64,000 bases of DNA from Alphaproteobacteria bacterium (GTDB lineage Bacteria; Pseudomonadota; Alphaproteobacteria; SP197), in NCBI GenBank assembly GCA_964291265.2, contig OZ219747.1:2304001-2368000 (forward strand), read 5' to 3'. How positions within the stretch are numbered: position 1 is the stretch's first letter; each line of letters begins with the position of its first letter. Made by a program: the position numbers and the translations under genes. Under the pieces are notes generated by a model, which was given only the letters and a program-made list of their open reading frames with translations, ran no database searches and had not been told where the DNA came from. Of the stretch, positions 21,378 to 31,808 are shown one piece after another.

Positions 21378-21887
21378 ATGACGACCGCACTCTATCTCGT
21401 TCGCCATGCCAAATCCAGTTGGGCGGACATCACGATTGACGATCATGATCGTCCCTTGCGCAACCGCGGGAGACGCCGAGCTGCCCATCTTGCGGCCTGG
21501 CTCGAGGAACGCTCTCTGGGGTGTGATCTCGTGTTGTGTTCGACCGCGCTTCGCACCCGCCAGACCCTGGACATCCTGCTTCCCGTCCTCGGTGATGCGG
21601 ATGTCCGCCACGAAGCGGGCCTCTACCATGGTGACGCACGCCATCTCGTCTCCCTGCTGCGGCGTACGCCAGCCACCATGGAACGGGTCATGGTGGTGGG
21701 GCACGATCCGGTCCTGCAGATGACGGCGCAGTACCTGGCGGCGACAGCGACCGGCGATGCCATGGACCGGCTCGACCGCAAGTTCCCGACCTCCGCACTG
21801 GCCATGCTGACCTTCGGTTCTGCGGAATGGGCGGCCCTGCGCCAGCACATGGGGCATCTCGAATTCTTCTGTATCCCGCCCGATTGA
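21378..21887 (+). CDS. sixA: SixA-like histidine phosphatase
   Basis: LYLVRHAKSSW, DHDRPL, STALRTRQT, VVGHDP. Confidence 0.85.
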   Translation: MTTALYLVRHAKSSWADITIDDHDRPLRNRGRRRAAHLAAWLEERSLGCDLVLCSTALRTRQTLDILLPVLGDADVRHEAGLYHGDARHLVSLLRRTPATMERVMVVGHDPVLQMTAQYLAATATGDAMDRLDRKFPTSALAMLTFGSAEWAALRQHMGHLEFFCIPPD

Positions 21888-21894
21888 GGTCGCG

Positions 21895-22419
21895 ATGAGA
21901 CTGTTCGCAGGCTGGCTCTATGCCCTGGGGCTCGTGGCCGCACTCGGTGGCGCCATTGTCTGGGCTGCCAACATCCCGGACATCCCCGACGAGGATGACC
22001 TCGTCTGGAAGCGCGGCTTCCTGGTCGGCATCATCCTGGACTACGACTACGACGGTCTGCACATCGTCAACATGCGGTTGCGGGGCGATGACACCCTCTA
22101 CACGTACCACTCCATCTATCCCAGCTATGTCGCTGTGCGCGACCGGCTGGGAATCTACCGCGATGTCGAAATCCTGGTCGACGAGACCGCTTCGACCTCT
22201 GGTGGCGAGACCGTCAGGATGTGGGGCGTGATCGAGCACGATCCCTACGACGAGGGCGTCTCCGTGTCGTTCGACGAGATCCGCAGGGAGGTGACGCAGA
22301 CCGAACGCTCGTGGCAGCGCGTCGCCATCATCGTCCTTGCCGCAGGACTGGCTGCCATCCTCGCGGGATTCGCGATCCGCCGCGCCGTTCCCTACGTTCC
22401 GAAGGATCCCGTGGCCTGA
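21895..22419 (+). CDS. Hypothetical membrane protein with N- and C-terminal TM helices
   Basis: GAGG RBS, hydrophobic termini, host-like codon usage. Confidence 0.7.
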   Translation: MRLFAGWLYALGLVAALGGAIVWAANIPDIPDEDDLVWKRGFLVGIILDYDYDGLHIVNMRLRGDDTLYTYHSIYPSYVAVRDRLGIYRDVEILVDETASTSGGETVRMWGVIEHDPYDEGVSVSFDEIRREVTQTERSWQRVAIIVLAAGLAAILAGFAIRRAVPYVPKDPVA

Positions 22420-23576
22420 CGGCCCGGGAGGCGCCGGTAGATCCGCAAGGCGTTGCCGGCGGCGATCATGGCGACGATGCGGTCGGCCTCCGCCAGGGTG
22501 AGCATGTCGTCGGCAATCCAGCGGTCGAGATGATGGCGCAGCGTACGGCGGAACTGGACCTGGCCCAGATAGTGGAGTTCAGCCAGTCCGAAGGCATCCG
22601 AACTGTAGAGTTGCTTGAAGAAAGGGCCCATCTCCAGAGCTTCCCCCATGATCGTGAGGGCCTGGGGTCCGGTAAAGTTGAGAACCACGCCGACATCGTA
22701 GTACACATTGCGGAAGATCTCGGCGAGCCAGGCCGCTTCGCGGTGGAAGGGATAGTTGTGGAGCAGCGTGCATGTGACTTCCCAGCCCTCCATGGCACGC
22801 AGGAACTCCGTGAAATATGTCGGATCACAGGCATGCATGGTGATGTCGGGGTCGCCGAATCCGACGTGAATCTGCAGTGGAAGTCCATGCTGACGGGCAA
22901 GTTCAGCGCCCGTCCACAGGCCGAAGCGGACGATATCGACGGACTCGAGGCGCACCTTTCCCGTGGCGTCGATGGCGCGGAACCAGGCATCCGTCGCCGC
23001 CCTCACCTCGGCAGCCGATGGCGGGCTCTGATCGATGGCGAAAGTCGTGCGGTAGGCGACGATGGTCTTCAGGCCCACCGCGTCGCGTGTCCGCGCCGCC
23101 AGGGTTTCGCCGAACGCTTCGGAGAAACGGGCAGCGTCCACGCCTGATCGCGCCACCTCCTCGGCGACAGCCTCGATGCGGACGACCTCGTGGGCAGGTC
23201 GGCCCGAAATCGCCGCCATTTCCGCCACATCGGCAATCGAGTCGCTCCGGTGGCCGGTGTCGATGATCAGTCGTTCCAGGCCGCAGGCGCCGAGCAGGCG
23301 CCGGTTGACCTCGGCTGCGCCGAGTTCGCGGCGGCGTTCCACGTAGTCGCTGCCCTGCGTGAAGGGGTCGAGGTCGAGCAGGGGAGCACAACGGCTGCGG
23401 ACCATGAGACCGAGGGGCTTGTCGAACTGCGAGGCGCCTTCGGGCGGCGGCCGGTAGCTCTCGCTCATCAGCGCCTCGAAGGCCTGCAGGTCGAGGTCAT
23501 CCGGCGACACGCCGTGGCAGTGATGATCGATCAGGGGCATGTCGCACGCCACGCCCCCCGTCGATGCAGCGGGCAT
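22392..23576 (-). CDS. Amidohydrolase family protein (FluG N-terminal-like)
   Basis: LIDHHCHG, GLKTIVAYR, LQIHVGFGDPD, LLHNYPF, LYSSDA. Alternative start at 23540. Confidence 0.88.
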   Translation of the reverse strand: MPAASTGGVACDMPLIDHHCHGVSPDDLDLQAFEALMSESYRPPPEGASQFDKPLGLMVRSRCAPLLDLDPFTQGSDYVERRRELGAAEVNRRLLGACGLERLIIDTGHRSDSIADVAEMAAISGRPAHEVVRIEAVAEEVARSGVDAARFSEAFGETLAARTRDAVGLKTIVAYRTTFAIDQSPPSAAEVRAATDAWFRAIDATGKVRLESVDIVRFGLWTGAELARQHGLPLQIHVGFGDPDITMHACDPTYFTEFLRAMEGWEVTCTLLHNYPFHREAAWLAEIFRNVYYDVGVVLNFTGPQALTIMGEALEMGPFFKQLYSSDAFGLAELHYLGQVQFRRTLRHHLDRWIADDMLTLAEADRIVAMIAAGNALRIYRRLPGRQATGSFGT

Positions 23577-23580
23577 GGTC

Positions 23581-24882
23581 TCAGTAGGCACTGCGGTATC
23601 TCATGCAGAGTTCGGAAACGTTCATCGCTGCCCCTTTCGCGGCCTCGAGACGCTTGAGGGCGCCATAGGCCTCGAACATCAGGGGGCCAAACCACTGACC
23701 GACGCTGTCATCGGCGATGAAGACATCGAGGGCCTCGTCCAGGGATTCCGGCAGGGTGTGGATACCCCGGTCCCGGCGTTCGGCGTCGCTCAGCGAGGCC
23801 GGATCCAGGTTCACCATGGCAGGGGGCGCCATGTCGGCGCGGATTCCCTCGAGCCCGGCGCGGATGATGGCGCCTGTGGCAAGGTAGGGACTCGCTGTCG
23901 CATCGGTTGAGCGGATCTCGATGTTGAAGGCCGCGGCATCGCCATCGGGGGCGGGACAGATCCGGATCGCCGCCTCGCGGTTCTGCACCCCGACGGCATC
24001 GAAGCCGCAGCTCCAGTGGTGCGGACCCAGACGCATGTAGGAGACGGGACTCGGCGCCGTGATGGCGGCCAGGGCCCGCAGGTGACGGTGGATTCCGGCG
24101 ACGAAGCGACCGGCTGCGGCGCTCAGTCCACCCGGCCCGCTGGCATCCGCCGTCACCGGATTGCCGCTGCTGTCCCACAGGCTGAGGTGAAGATGGCAGC
24201 CGTTGCCGACGGCATCCGGCGCCGGTTTGGGCGAAAAGCTCGCGGTGATCGAGCACTGGCGCGCCGCCTCGCGTACCGTCTCCCTGGTGATGACGACGCG
24301 ATCGGCGCCGGCCAGCCCCGTTGCCGGCCCGCAACTCACCTCGTACTGCCCGACCCCGTACTCGGGCTCGAAGGTCTCGAGGTCGACGCCGGCGTCGATC
24401 AGCGCACGGGTACAGAGATCGGCAAAGGGTGCGGCCCGGCGCATGGAATCGACGGAAAACGGCGCCGCCCACTCCAGGGCGGGATCGATGAGGAGGAACT
24501 CGTTTTCGTAGGCGATGGCGACCTCGAGTCCGGTCTGGTTCTTCAGGTCGTCGAGAGCGCTGGCGAGGAAACTCCGGGTGCAGCACTCCCAGGGAGTGCC
24601 GTCGGCATGGAGGCTGTTGCACAGGGCGACATGGAGCGCCGGATGATCCTGTCTGAGGACAATGCGCCGACGGGTCGCCTCGTCCGGCACCTGGCGCACC
24701 TCGTCCATGGGTCCCCAGGGATTGGGTGCGATGTCCTCGAAGGGTGTCAGGGACTGGCCCGCCAGCGCCCATCCCAGCCCGTGGCGCCGTCGACGCTCGT
24801 ACTGTTCCAGGGGAACGCCCCTGGTGCGCGACAGCCCCACGAGGTCGTTCCAGACCAGCAGGACCAGTTCACCCTTCGTCAT
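23581..24882 (-). CDS. Glutamine synthetase-like gamma-glutamyl ligase
   Basis: YENEF, EPEYGVGQYE, GNGCHLHLS, SYMRL, NREAAIR, NIEIR. Confidence 0.9.
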   Translation of the reverse strand: MTKGELVLLVWNDLVGLSRTRGVPLEQYERRRRHGLGWALAGQSLTPFEDIAPNPWGPMDEVRQVPDEATRRRIVLRQDHPALHVALCNSLHADGTPWECCTRSFLASALDDLKNQTGLEVAIAYENEFLLIDPALEWAAPFSVDSMRRAAPFADLCTRALIDAGVDLETFEPEYGVGQYEVSCGPATGLAGADRVVITRETVREAARQCSITASFSPKPAPDAVGNGCHLHLSLWDSSGNPVTADASGPGGLSAAAGRFVAGIHRHLRALAAITAPSPVSYMRLGPHHWSCGFDAVGVQNREAAIRICPAPDGDAAAFNIEIRSTDATASPYLATGAIIRAGLEGIRADMAPPAMVNLDPASLSDAERRDRGIHTLPESLDEALDVFIADDSVGQWFGPLMFEAYGALKRLEAAKGAAMNVSELCMRYRSAY

Positions 24883-25006
24883 GACGCCTCACGTCGGTCG
24901 CATGTCGGCGGACACTGTTGCAACGCCGGCGATGCCGGTCAACGCCGCTTGACGACATGGGCCGGGTCTTCCAGTGTTGTCGGCTCCCGCAGGTGATGCG
25001 ATATCG

Positions 25007-26854
25007 GTGAACACGTTGACACGTACCCGTCTTGCGTCATGGCCGCCCCTTGCCGGCAGCCTGCTCATGCTGGTTCCCATTGCCGCCGTGTCCCTGCTGG
25101 TGTGGCAGACGGCCGGTGCGGCGCTCCAGGGAACCGTGACGCACTACCTCGTGCTGACGGTCGCCGTGCTGGCTTTCAGTGCATTCACCGGCAATTCCGG
25201 GATCCTGAGTTTCGGTCATGCGGCCTTCATGGGCCTGGCGGCGCACGTCACCGGCGTTCTCACCATACCCGTCGCACAGAAGGCAGTCTTCCTGCCCGAC
25301 CTGCCGCTGTGGCTTTCCGGCATCGAGTTCCACTTTCTCCTGGCTGGCGCCATCGCCGTGGTTCTCGTGACGATCATCGGCTTTCTTGTCGGTATCCCGA
25401 TCTGCCGCCTCGGCGGCGCCTCGGCGGCGATTGCCACCCTGGGGCTGCTCATCATCGTCTACGGCGTTCTCGTGGGCGCGCGGGACCTGACCCGGGGCAG
25501 CCAGGCGCTGATCGGCGTGCCGCGAACCGTTGACATCCCGCTGGCCCTGCTGTTCGTCGCCGTGGCCCTCGTGGTGTGCCGCATCTTCCGCGATTCCCTG
25601 CCCGGTCTCGAGTTGCGGGCGGCACGCGAAGACGAACCGGCGGCACGGGCCGTGGGTGTCGATGTTCACCGTCGCCGTCTTCTGGCCTGGACGCTCAGCG
25701 CCGGCATCGCCGCGGTCGCCGGGGTGCTCCTTGCCCATGAGCTCGGGGTCTATTCGCCCAGGGAGTTCTACTTCCAGATCACCTTCGCAGTCCTCGTCAT
25801 GCTGATCGTGGGCGGCATGACAAGCGTATCGGGGGCCGTGGCGGGCGCGGTCGTCGTCACCATCCTCATCGAGGTCCTGCGATCGGTGGAGGAGTCCGTC
25901 AACACTGTCTGGTTCGACGAGCCGACGGTCTTCGGTCTGACGGACATCGGCCTGTCGCTCGCCATACTCGGTGTGCTGTTCTGGCGCCGCAACGGACTGT
26001 TCGACTACCGCGAGATCGAGGACATCGTCCTGCGTCCGCGGCAGCCTCCCGCCGGACCGGTCCCCGTCGCGCCAGGGCGGGTGGTACAGGAGGGGGCACT
26101 CGAGGTGCGTGATGTCACAAGGGTGTTCGGTGGCCTGCGCGCCGTGGACGGCGCCAGCCTGTCGCTGAAGCCGGGTGAGATTGTCGGCCTCATCGGACCC
26201 AACGGTTCGGGAAAGACAACCCTGCTCGCCTGCATCTCCGGCGCCCTTGAATGTGATGGCGGCACGGTCGTGCTCGACGGCGTCGACATCACCGGCATGC
26301 CCAGCCACCTGATTGCCCGGCGCGGCGTCGGCCGCACCTTCCAGAACGTCAGGCTGTTTTCCAATCTCTCCTGCGAGGAGAATGTCAGGACGGCCCTGGC
26401 GGCCGGATCCACCGGCTCGAGGTCGGCCGGCATGACGGAGAGATGCCTCGCCCTTCTCGGGGAACTCGGCATTGCCGACCATGCCGCGCGGCGCGCCGGA
26501 ACCCTCGCCTATGGTCTCCAGCGGCGCCTGGAAGTCGCCCGGGCGCTCGCCCTGGACCCCCGCTACCTGCTGCTCGACGAACCGGCCGCCGGCATGAACG
26601 AGAGCGAATCCGACGAACTTCTGGCCATTCTGGCCCGGCTGCGAGAAGTCCGGGGCCCGGGCCTGCTCGTTGTCGACCACGATCTCAGCCTCATCATGAG
26701 GTTGTGCGACCGGGTGATCGTGCTAAACAAGGGCCAGATCATTGCCGGAGGAACACCGGAGGAAGTCCAGTCCGATCCGGTCGTGATCGAGGCATACCTG
26801 GGTCGCCGGCGCACCGCCGAGCGGGCCGCCAAGTTGTCAACAGCAAGGGAGTAG
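25007..26854 (+). CDS. Fused Liv-type ABC permease (LivM-like) and ATPase (LivG-like)
   Basis: TM region with SFGHAAF and LRAAREDE, then GPNGSGKTT, RTFQN, LLLDEPAAG in one frame. Confidence 0.9.
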   Translation: MNTLTRTRLASWPPLAGSLLMLVPIAAVSLLVWQTAGAALQGTVTHYLVLTVAVLAFSAFTGNSGILSFGHAAFMGLAAHVTGVLTIPVAQKAVFLPDLPLWLSGIEFHFLLAGAIAVVLVTIIGFLVGIPICRLGGASAAIATLGLLIIVYGVLVGARDLTRGSQALIGVPRTVDIPLALLFVAVALVVCRIFRDSLPGLELRAAREDEPAARAVGVDVHRRRLLAWTLSAGIAAVAGVLLAHELGVYSPREFYFQITFAVLVMLIVGGMTSVSGAVAGAVVVTILIEVLRSVEESVNTVWFDEPTVFGLTDIGLSLAILGVLFWRRNGLFDYREIEDIVLRPRQPPAGPVPVAPGRVVQEGALEVRDVTRVFGGLRAVDGASLSLKPGEIVGLIGPNGSGKTTLLACISGALECDGGTVVLDGVDITGMPSHLIARRGVGRTFQNVRLFSNLSCEENVRTALAAGSTGSRSAGMTERCLALLGELGIADHAARRAGTLAYGLQRRLEVARALALDPRYLLLDEPAAGMNESESDELLAILARLREVRGPGLLVVDHDLSLIMRLCDRVIVLNKGQIIAGGTPEEVQSDPVVIEAYLGRRRTAERAAKLSTARE

Positions 26855-26860
26855 GACACC

Positions 26861-28024
26861 GTGTTTCATGCATCAGCAACGCGTATTGCCGCTGCGGCCG
26901 CCGGGCTCGTGGTTGCCGGCGGCGCGGCCCAGGGCGATTCCCACGGCATCACGATCGGTTATGCCGGCGGATTCACCGGCTATCTCGCGCCCTACGACCA
27001 GCCGTCCCTGAACGGGGTGCAGCTGGCGCTCGACCAGATCAATGAGGCCGGCGGCATCATGGGCATGGCGGTCGAACTCGTGGTCAAGGACACGCGCTCG
27101 GATACCGCACAGGCCGCCGTCGTCGCCCAGGAACTCATCGACGAGGGCGTGGTGGCGATGATCGTGTCGTGTGACGTCGATCCCGCCGTGGCGTCCGGTG
27201 TCATGGCCCAGGCGGCCGAGATCCCGGCAGCCAGTTCGTGTGCTTCGACCCCCACCCTGCCGGCGGCGGTCGGATCCTACATGTTCTCGAACTACACGGC
27301 GGACAACCTGCAGGGTGCCGTCCTCGCAGAGTACGCCCGCGGCCAGGGTTATGAGAACGCCTATGTCCTCCTGTCGCGTGACACGCCCTACACCGAGAAG
27401 TTGCCGGAGTACTTCGGCGAGGCATTCGAGGCCATGGGCGGCACGGTGGTCGCGGTCGGCGAATACACCATGGGTCAGCAGGACTTCTCGGCGGAAGTCA
27501 CCAAGATCGGCGGTCTCGATCCCAGCCCTGACGTCATCCAGACGTCGGCCTACGAGCCCGACTTCCCGGCCTTCGTCAAGCAGTTGCGTGCCGCAGGCAT
27601 CGACACGCCGGTGCTCGGCAGTGACGGCATCGATTCCCCGACGACCTTCGGTCTCGGTGACGTGGCCGAGGGCGTGGTCTTCTCGAATGCCGGATTTGCT
27701 TCTCCGGGCAGTGCGCTCGAAGCCTTCGAGATGGCTTACGAGGAGAAGTACGGCATGCCGAACGACACCGTCTTCACGGCGACCGGATATGACCTGATGA
27801 TGGTCATTGCCGCGGCCATCGAGGCGGCCGGTTCCACCGACGGTCCGGCGATACGGGACGCCTGGGACAATCTGGAGAATGTCCAGGTCGCCACGGGATC
27901 GATCACCTACAAGGATCAGAACCGGGTACCGGTGCGTGTCGTCGCGCTCAACAAGGTCTCGGGCGGCGAGCGGGTTCATGTCGGCGATTTCTCGCCCGAC
28001 CCCTCGATGATCCCGGCTCCGTGA
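26861..28024 (+). CDS. Liv-type ABC substrate-binding protein
   Basis: Signal peptide, INEAGGIMG, DTRSD, DFSAEVTKI; AGGA RBS. Confidence 0.9.
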   Translation: MFHASATRIAAAAAGLVVAGGAAQGDSHGITIGYAGGFTGYLAPYDQPSLNGVQLALDQINEAGGIMGMAVELVVKDTRSDTAQAAVVAQELIDEGVVAMIVSCDVDPAVASGVMAQAAEIPAASSCASTPTLPAAVGSYMFSNYTADNLQGAVLAEYARGQGYENAYVLLSRDTPYTEKLPEYFGEAFEAMGGTVVAVGEYTMGQQDFSAEVTKIGGLDPSPDVIQTSAYEPDFPAFVKQLRAAGIDTPVLGSDGIDSPTTFGLGDVAEGVVFSNAGFASPGSALEAFEMAYEEKYGMPNDTVFTATGYDLMMVIAAAIEAAGSTDGPAIRDAWDNLENVQVATGSITYKDQNRVPVRVVALNKVSGGERVHVGDFSPDPSMIPAP

Positions 28025-28749
28025 GCCATGGCCCCGAACGCCTCCTCGATGTCGCCGGGCTCGAGGTCCGCTACGGCGCCATAGAGGCCATCAGGGGCGC
28101 AGGCCTCGAGGTCTGCAAGGGTGAAATCGTGACTCTTCTCGGCGCCAACGGCGCCGGGAAGAGTTCCTTCCTCAACGCCGTCATGGGACTGGTGCCGCCG
28201 GTTGCCGGCCGGGTCGTGCTCGACGGCGAGGACATCACGGGCGAAGCGCCGGAAACCGTCGTGCGGCGTGGCATGACGCTGTGTCCGGAAGGACGGCGCG
28301 TCTTCGCCAATCTCACCGTGCGCGAGAACCTCGCCATCGGCGGTGCGACGCGTCGCCGTACCGGTGATGCCGCGACCATACTCGCCGGCATGCTCGACCG
28401 CTTTCCGGTTCTCGCTGAGCGCCATGACCAGATGGCCGGCACACTCTCGGGAGGGGAACAGCAGATGCTGGCGATAGCCCGGGCCATGATGTCCGCTCCG
28501 CGGATCGTGCTGCTCGACGAACCGTCGCTGGGCCTGGCGCCGCGCATTGTCGACACCATCTTCGAGTTGATTGTCGCCCTTCAGCATCACGGGGCCACCA
28601 TTCTTCTGGTGGAGCAGAATGTCGATTTGGCCCTGGACATTGCCGACAGGGGTTACGTTCTTGCGTCCGGCCGGGTGGCCCTCTCCGGTCCGGCCTGCGA
28701 ACTGCAGGCTTCCGTCGAGGTCGAACGCGCCTACATGGGGCGCGACTGA
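28021..28749 (+). CDS. ABC ATP-binding protein (LivF-like)
   Basis: GANGAGKS, PEGRRVF, LSGGEQQMLA, LLDEPSLGLAP. Confidence 0.92.
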   Translation: MSHGPERLLDVAGLEVRYGAIEAIRGAGLEVCKGEIVTLLGANGAGKSSFLNAVMGLVPPVAGRVVLDGEDITGEAPETVVRRGMTLCPEGRRVFANLTVRENLAIGGATRRRTGDAATILAGMLDRFPVLAERHDQMAGTLSGGEQQMLAIARAMMSAPRIVLLDEPSLGLAPRIVDTIFELIVALQHHGATILLVEQNVDLALDIADRGYVLASGRVALSGPACELQASVEVERAYMGRD

Positions 28750-28813
28750 TGGGTGAGCCGCAGCGCCGGACGATCGGGTATCGATTCCACGTGCAGACAG
28801 CGGGCGGCGGTTG

Positions 28814-29698
28814 ATGGACATTCTCGTCCAGCAGTTCGTCAACGCCCTCTCCCTGGGAGGCACCTACGCCCTGCTCGCCCTCGGCCTGGCGATGGTGTTC
28901 AGCGTCCTGGGACTGATCAACTTTGCCCACGGCGACCTCATGACGCTGACGGGCTACACCATGTTCTTTGCCATCGGCGCCGGCCTTGGCCTGCCGCTGG
29001 CGGTCGTTCTCGGCATTGCCTGCGCCACCCTGGCGGCGGTGGCGATGGAACGGGTGGCCTTCCGTCCGGTGCGGGACGCCAACACGGCGACCATGCTGCT
29101 GACCAGCCTGGCGGTCAGCACCATCCTCCACATGCTGTTTCAGAATCTGATCTCGGCCCGGCCCCGCGCCATCCCCGTACCGTCCTGGATGATCGGCGCG
29201 GTCGACGTCGGCGGCCTGGCGATCGGCGTGATCCAGTTGATGTCGATCACCGCCACGGCGCTGCTGCTGGCGGCCCTCACGATTTTTCTGCGCCGTTCCA
29301 TTCTCGGCATCGCGATGCGGGCGGCGGCTCTCGACTTTCCGGTCACAAGGCTCATGGGGATCAATGCCAATGCGGTCGTGGCCACGGCTTTCGGCCTCTC
29401 CGGGCTGCTGGCCGGTGTCGCTGGAGTCCTGTGGCTGGCACAGCGTGGATCGGTCGATCCCCTGATGGGTTTCCTGCCCGTTCTCAAGGCGTTCATCGCC
29501 GTGGTGCTGGGTGGTCTTGGCAGCCTGGCAGGCGCAGTGGTGGGAGGGTTCGCCCTGGCCTTCATCGAGGTCTCCCTGCGCGCCTTCCTTCCCGACGGCT
29601 GGCTGCCGTTCCGTGAATCGATCACACTGACCCTGGTCATCGTCCTGCTCCTGGTGAGGCCGGAGGGTCTGATCGGCAGGCGCGAGAACGTGAGATAG
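28814..29698 (+). CDS. ABC permease (LivH-like)
   Basis: YALLALGL, INFAHG, KAFIAVVLGGLGS, RPEGLIG. Confidence 0.92.
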   Translation: MDILVQQFVNALSLGGTYALLALGLAMVFSVLGLINFAHGDLMTLTGYTMFFAIGAGLGLPLAVVLGIACATLAAVAMERVAFRPVRDANTATMLLTSLAVSTILHMLFQNLISARPRAIPVPSWMIGAVDVGGLAIGVIQLMSITATALLLAALTIFLRRSILGIAMRAAALDFPVTRLMGINANAVVATAFGLSGLLAGVAGVLWLAQRGSVDPLMGFLPVLKAFIAVVLGGLGSLAGAVVGGFALAFIEVSLRAFLPDGWLPFRESITLTLVIVLLLVRPEGLIGRRENVR

Positions 29699-29709
29699 GA
29701 GGGAGTGAG

Positions 29710-31029
29710 GTGAGCCCTTCGCTTCTGGAACGGGACAGGCGGGCTCTTGCCGGAATCGGCAAGCTCAGGACATCGCCGCTCACCATCCGCCATGCCCGTG
29801 GCAACCGGCTGATCGAGGAAGACGGCCGCGAGGTGCTGGACATGTCCGCCACCGCCGGTGCGGCGCTCCTGGGATACGGGCATCCCGGCCTCGTCGAGGC
29901 AGCCCGCCGGGGCTTCGGGGAGTGCGCCGGCGCGTCGGCCATGTTCGGCGCAGCGGAATCGGCCGTGGCCCTGGCCGAGGACCTCCTCGCCCTGGTGCCG
30001 GAGGCCGATGACCACAAGGTCTGGTTCGGTCACAGCGGATCGGACGCCAACGACACGGTCATGAGGGCCGTGACCGCAGCGACGGGACGACGCCGGATCA
30101 TGAGTTTCCACGGGGCCTATCACGGCGGCATCTCGGGCTCCATGTCCGTGTCCGGCCACCCGTCGCAGCAGCATGCGCTGCCGCGTGCCGGCCTGGTGCA
30201 GATTCCCTTTCCCGATCCCTACCGGCCCCTGGGCGATGGCGATACGGCGCGCCAAGTGCTCGACCATGTCGATTTCCTGTTGTCCACGGCCATCCGTGCG
30301 GACGATGTCGCCGCGCTCTTCATCGAACCCCTGCAATCCGACGGCGGCATGCTGGTGCCGCCTCCCGGTTTTCTCGCCGCCCTCGCCGAGCGCTGCCGGG
30401 CCGAGGGCATTCTCGTCGTCAGCGACGAGGTCAAGGTGGGTCTCGGCCGTCCGGGGTGCTGGCACTGTTATCAGGCCGAGGGATTTCGGCCTGACATCGT
30501 GACCTTCGGAAAGGGCCTGGGGAGCGGCATTCCCGTCTCGGCCGTCGTCGCGCCGCGGAGCGTGATGGATGTGAGCCAGGCCTTCGCCCTCATCACCACC
30601 ACCGGAAACTCCGTCTCGACAAGCGTCGCCCGCGCCGTTCTCCGGCATATCCATGACGACGGCCTCATCGACAACGCGGCCGAACGCGGACGCCAGCTCA
30701 TGGACGGCCTCGCTGCCATGCAGCGGCGCCACGAACTGATCGGCGATGTCCGGGGGAGGGGTCTTGCCATCGGCATCGAACTGGTGACGGACCGGCAGAC
30801 GAAGGCGCCGGCGACCATCGATGCGGCGAAGGTCGTTCTGCGCTGCTACCAGCTCGGTGTCTTCATCACCTATGTCGGCATGGCGTCCAACGTTCCGGAA
30901 CTGACCCCGCCGCTGACCCTGACCGGCGACGAGGCCGACGAGGCTCTCGTCGTCCTCGACGAGGCCATCGCGGACGTCGCGGCCGGGCGTGTCGGCGACG
31001 ACGAGGTCGCGGCGTTCGCCGGCTGGTGA
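29710..31029 (+). CDS. Class III aminotransferase (GabT-like)
   Basis: GHSGSDAN, GAYHG, IEPLQSDGG, DEVKVGLGR, TFGKGLG. Confidence 0.9.
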   Translation: MSPSLLERDRRALAGIGKLRTSPLTIRHARGNRLIEEDGREVLDMSATAGAALLGYGHPGLVEAARRGFGECAGASAMFGAAESAVALAEDLLALVPEADDHKVWFGHSGSDANDTVMRAVTAATGRRRIMSFHGAYHGGISGSMSVSGHPSQQHALPRAGLVQIPFPDPYRPLGDGDTARQVLDHVDFLLSTAIRADDVAALFIEPLQSDGGMLVPPPGFLAALAERCRAEGILVVSDEVKVGLGRPGCWHCYQAEGFRPDIVTFGKGLGSGIPVSAVVAPRSVMDVSQAFALITTTGNSVSTSVARAVLRHIHDDGLIDNAAERGRQLMDGLAAMQRRHELIGDVRGRGLAIGIELVTDRQTKAPATIDAAKVVLRCYQLGVFITYVGMASNVPELTPPLTLTGDEADEALVVLDEAIADVAAGRVGDDEVAAFAGW

Positions 31030-31808
31030 GCATGCTCGAGGCGTCGGATCCGGCCCCCTGTATCCGGGTCAACCGGGAGGGGCGCGCGCCCTGTCTCGTC
31101 GTCTGCGACCACGCCTCCAACACCCTGCCCCGCGCCCTCGGGAACCTCGGCCTCGAGCCGCATCACCTCGGGCAGCACATCGCCTGGGACATCGGCGCCG
31201 CGTGGATGGCACGGAGACTGGCCCGGCGCTTCGATGCGCCCCTGCTGCTGGCCGGCTATTCGCGCCTGGTGGCCGACTGCAACCGCTACCCCGGTGATCC
31301 GGCCGCTGTCATCGAGACAAGCGACAGCGTCCCGATCGGCGGCAACCGCGGCCTTGGCCGGGAGGATCGCATGCGCCGCCTCGAGGCGGTCTGGCGTCCC
31401 TATCACGAGGCCATCGAGGCGGCCCTGGCGGACCGTGCCGCGCCTCCTGCCTTCATCTCGGTCCACACGATGACACCCTGCATGCGCGGCAGGAAGCCGC
31501 GCGGCGAGGCGTTCACCGTGTGCTGGAGCCGGGACGGGCGCCTGGCTGTCCCGCTCCTAGAACGCCTGCGCGCCCGAGGCGAATTCACGGTCGGCGACAA
31601 CGAGCCCTACGGCCTCGACATCGGAGAGGACTACACGGTGCCCGAGCACGCGATGCGCCGGGGCCTTGCCCACCTCCAGTTCGAGGTGCGCCAGGATCTT
31701 GTCTCGAGCCCTGACGATGCGGCGTGCTGGGCCGATCTCGTCCACGAGCTCACCGCCGATCTCGTGGCCGATGCCGGCCTGCGCCAGGAGCACCACGTCT
31801 GGCCCTGA
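31026..31808 (+). CDS. N-formylglutamate amidohydrolase family protein
   Basis: CDHAS, HIAWDIGA, SRLVADCNR, SVHTMTP, GDNEPY, EVRQDL. Confidence 0.92.
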   Translation: MSMLEASDPAPCIRVNREGRAPCLVVCDHASNTLPRALGNLGLEPHHLGQHIAWDIGAAWMARRLARRFDAPLLLAGYSRLVADCNRYPGDPAAVIETSDSVPIGGNRGLGREDRMRRLEAVWRPYHEAIEAALADRAAPPAFISVHTMTPCMRGRKPRGEAFTVCWSRDGRLAVPLLERLRARGEFTVGDNEPYGLDIGEDYTVPEHAMRRGLAHLQFEVRQDLVSSPDDAACWADLVHELTADLVADAGLRQEHHVWP

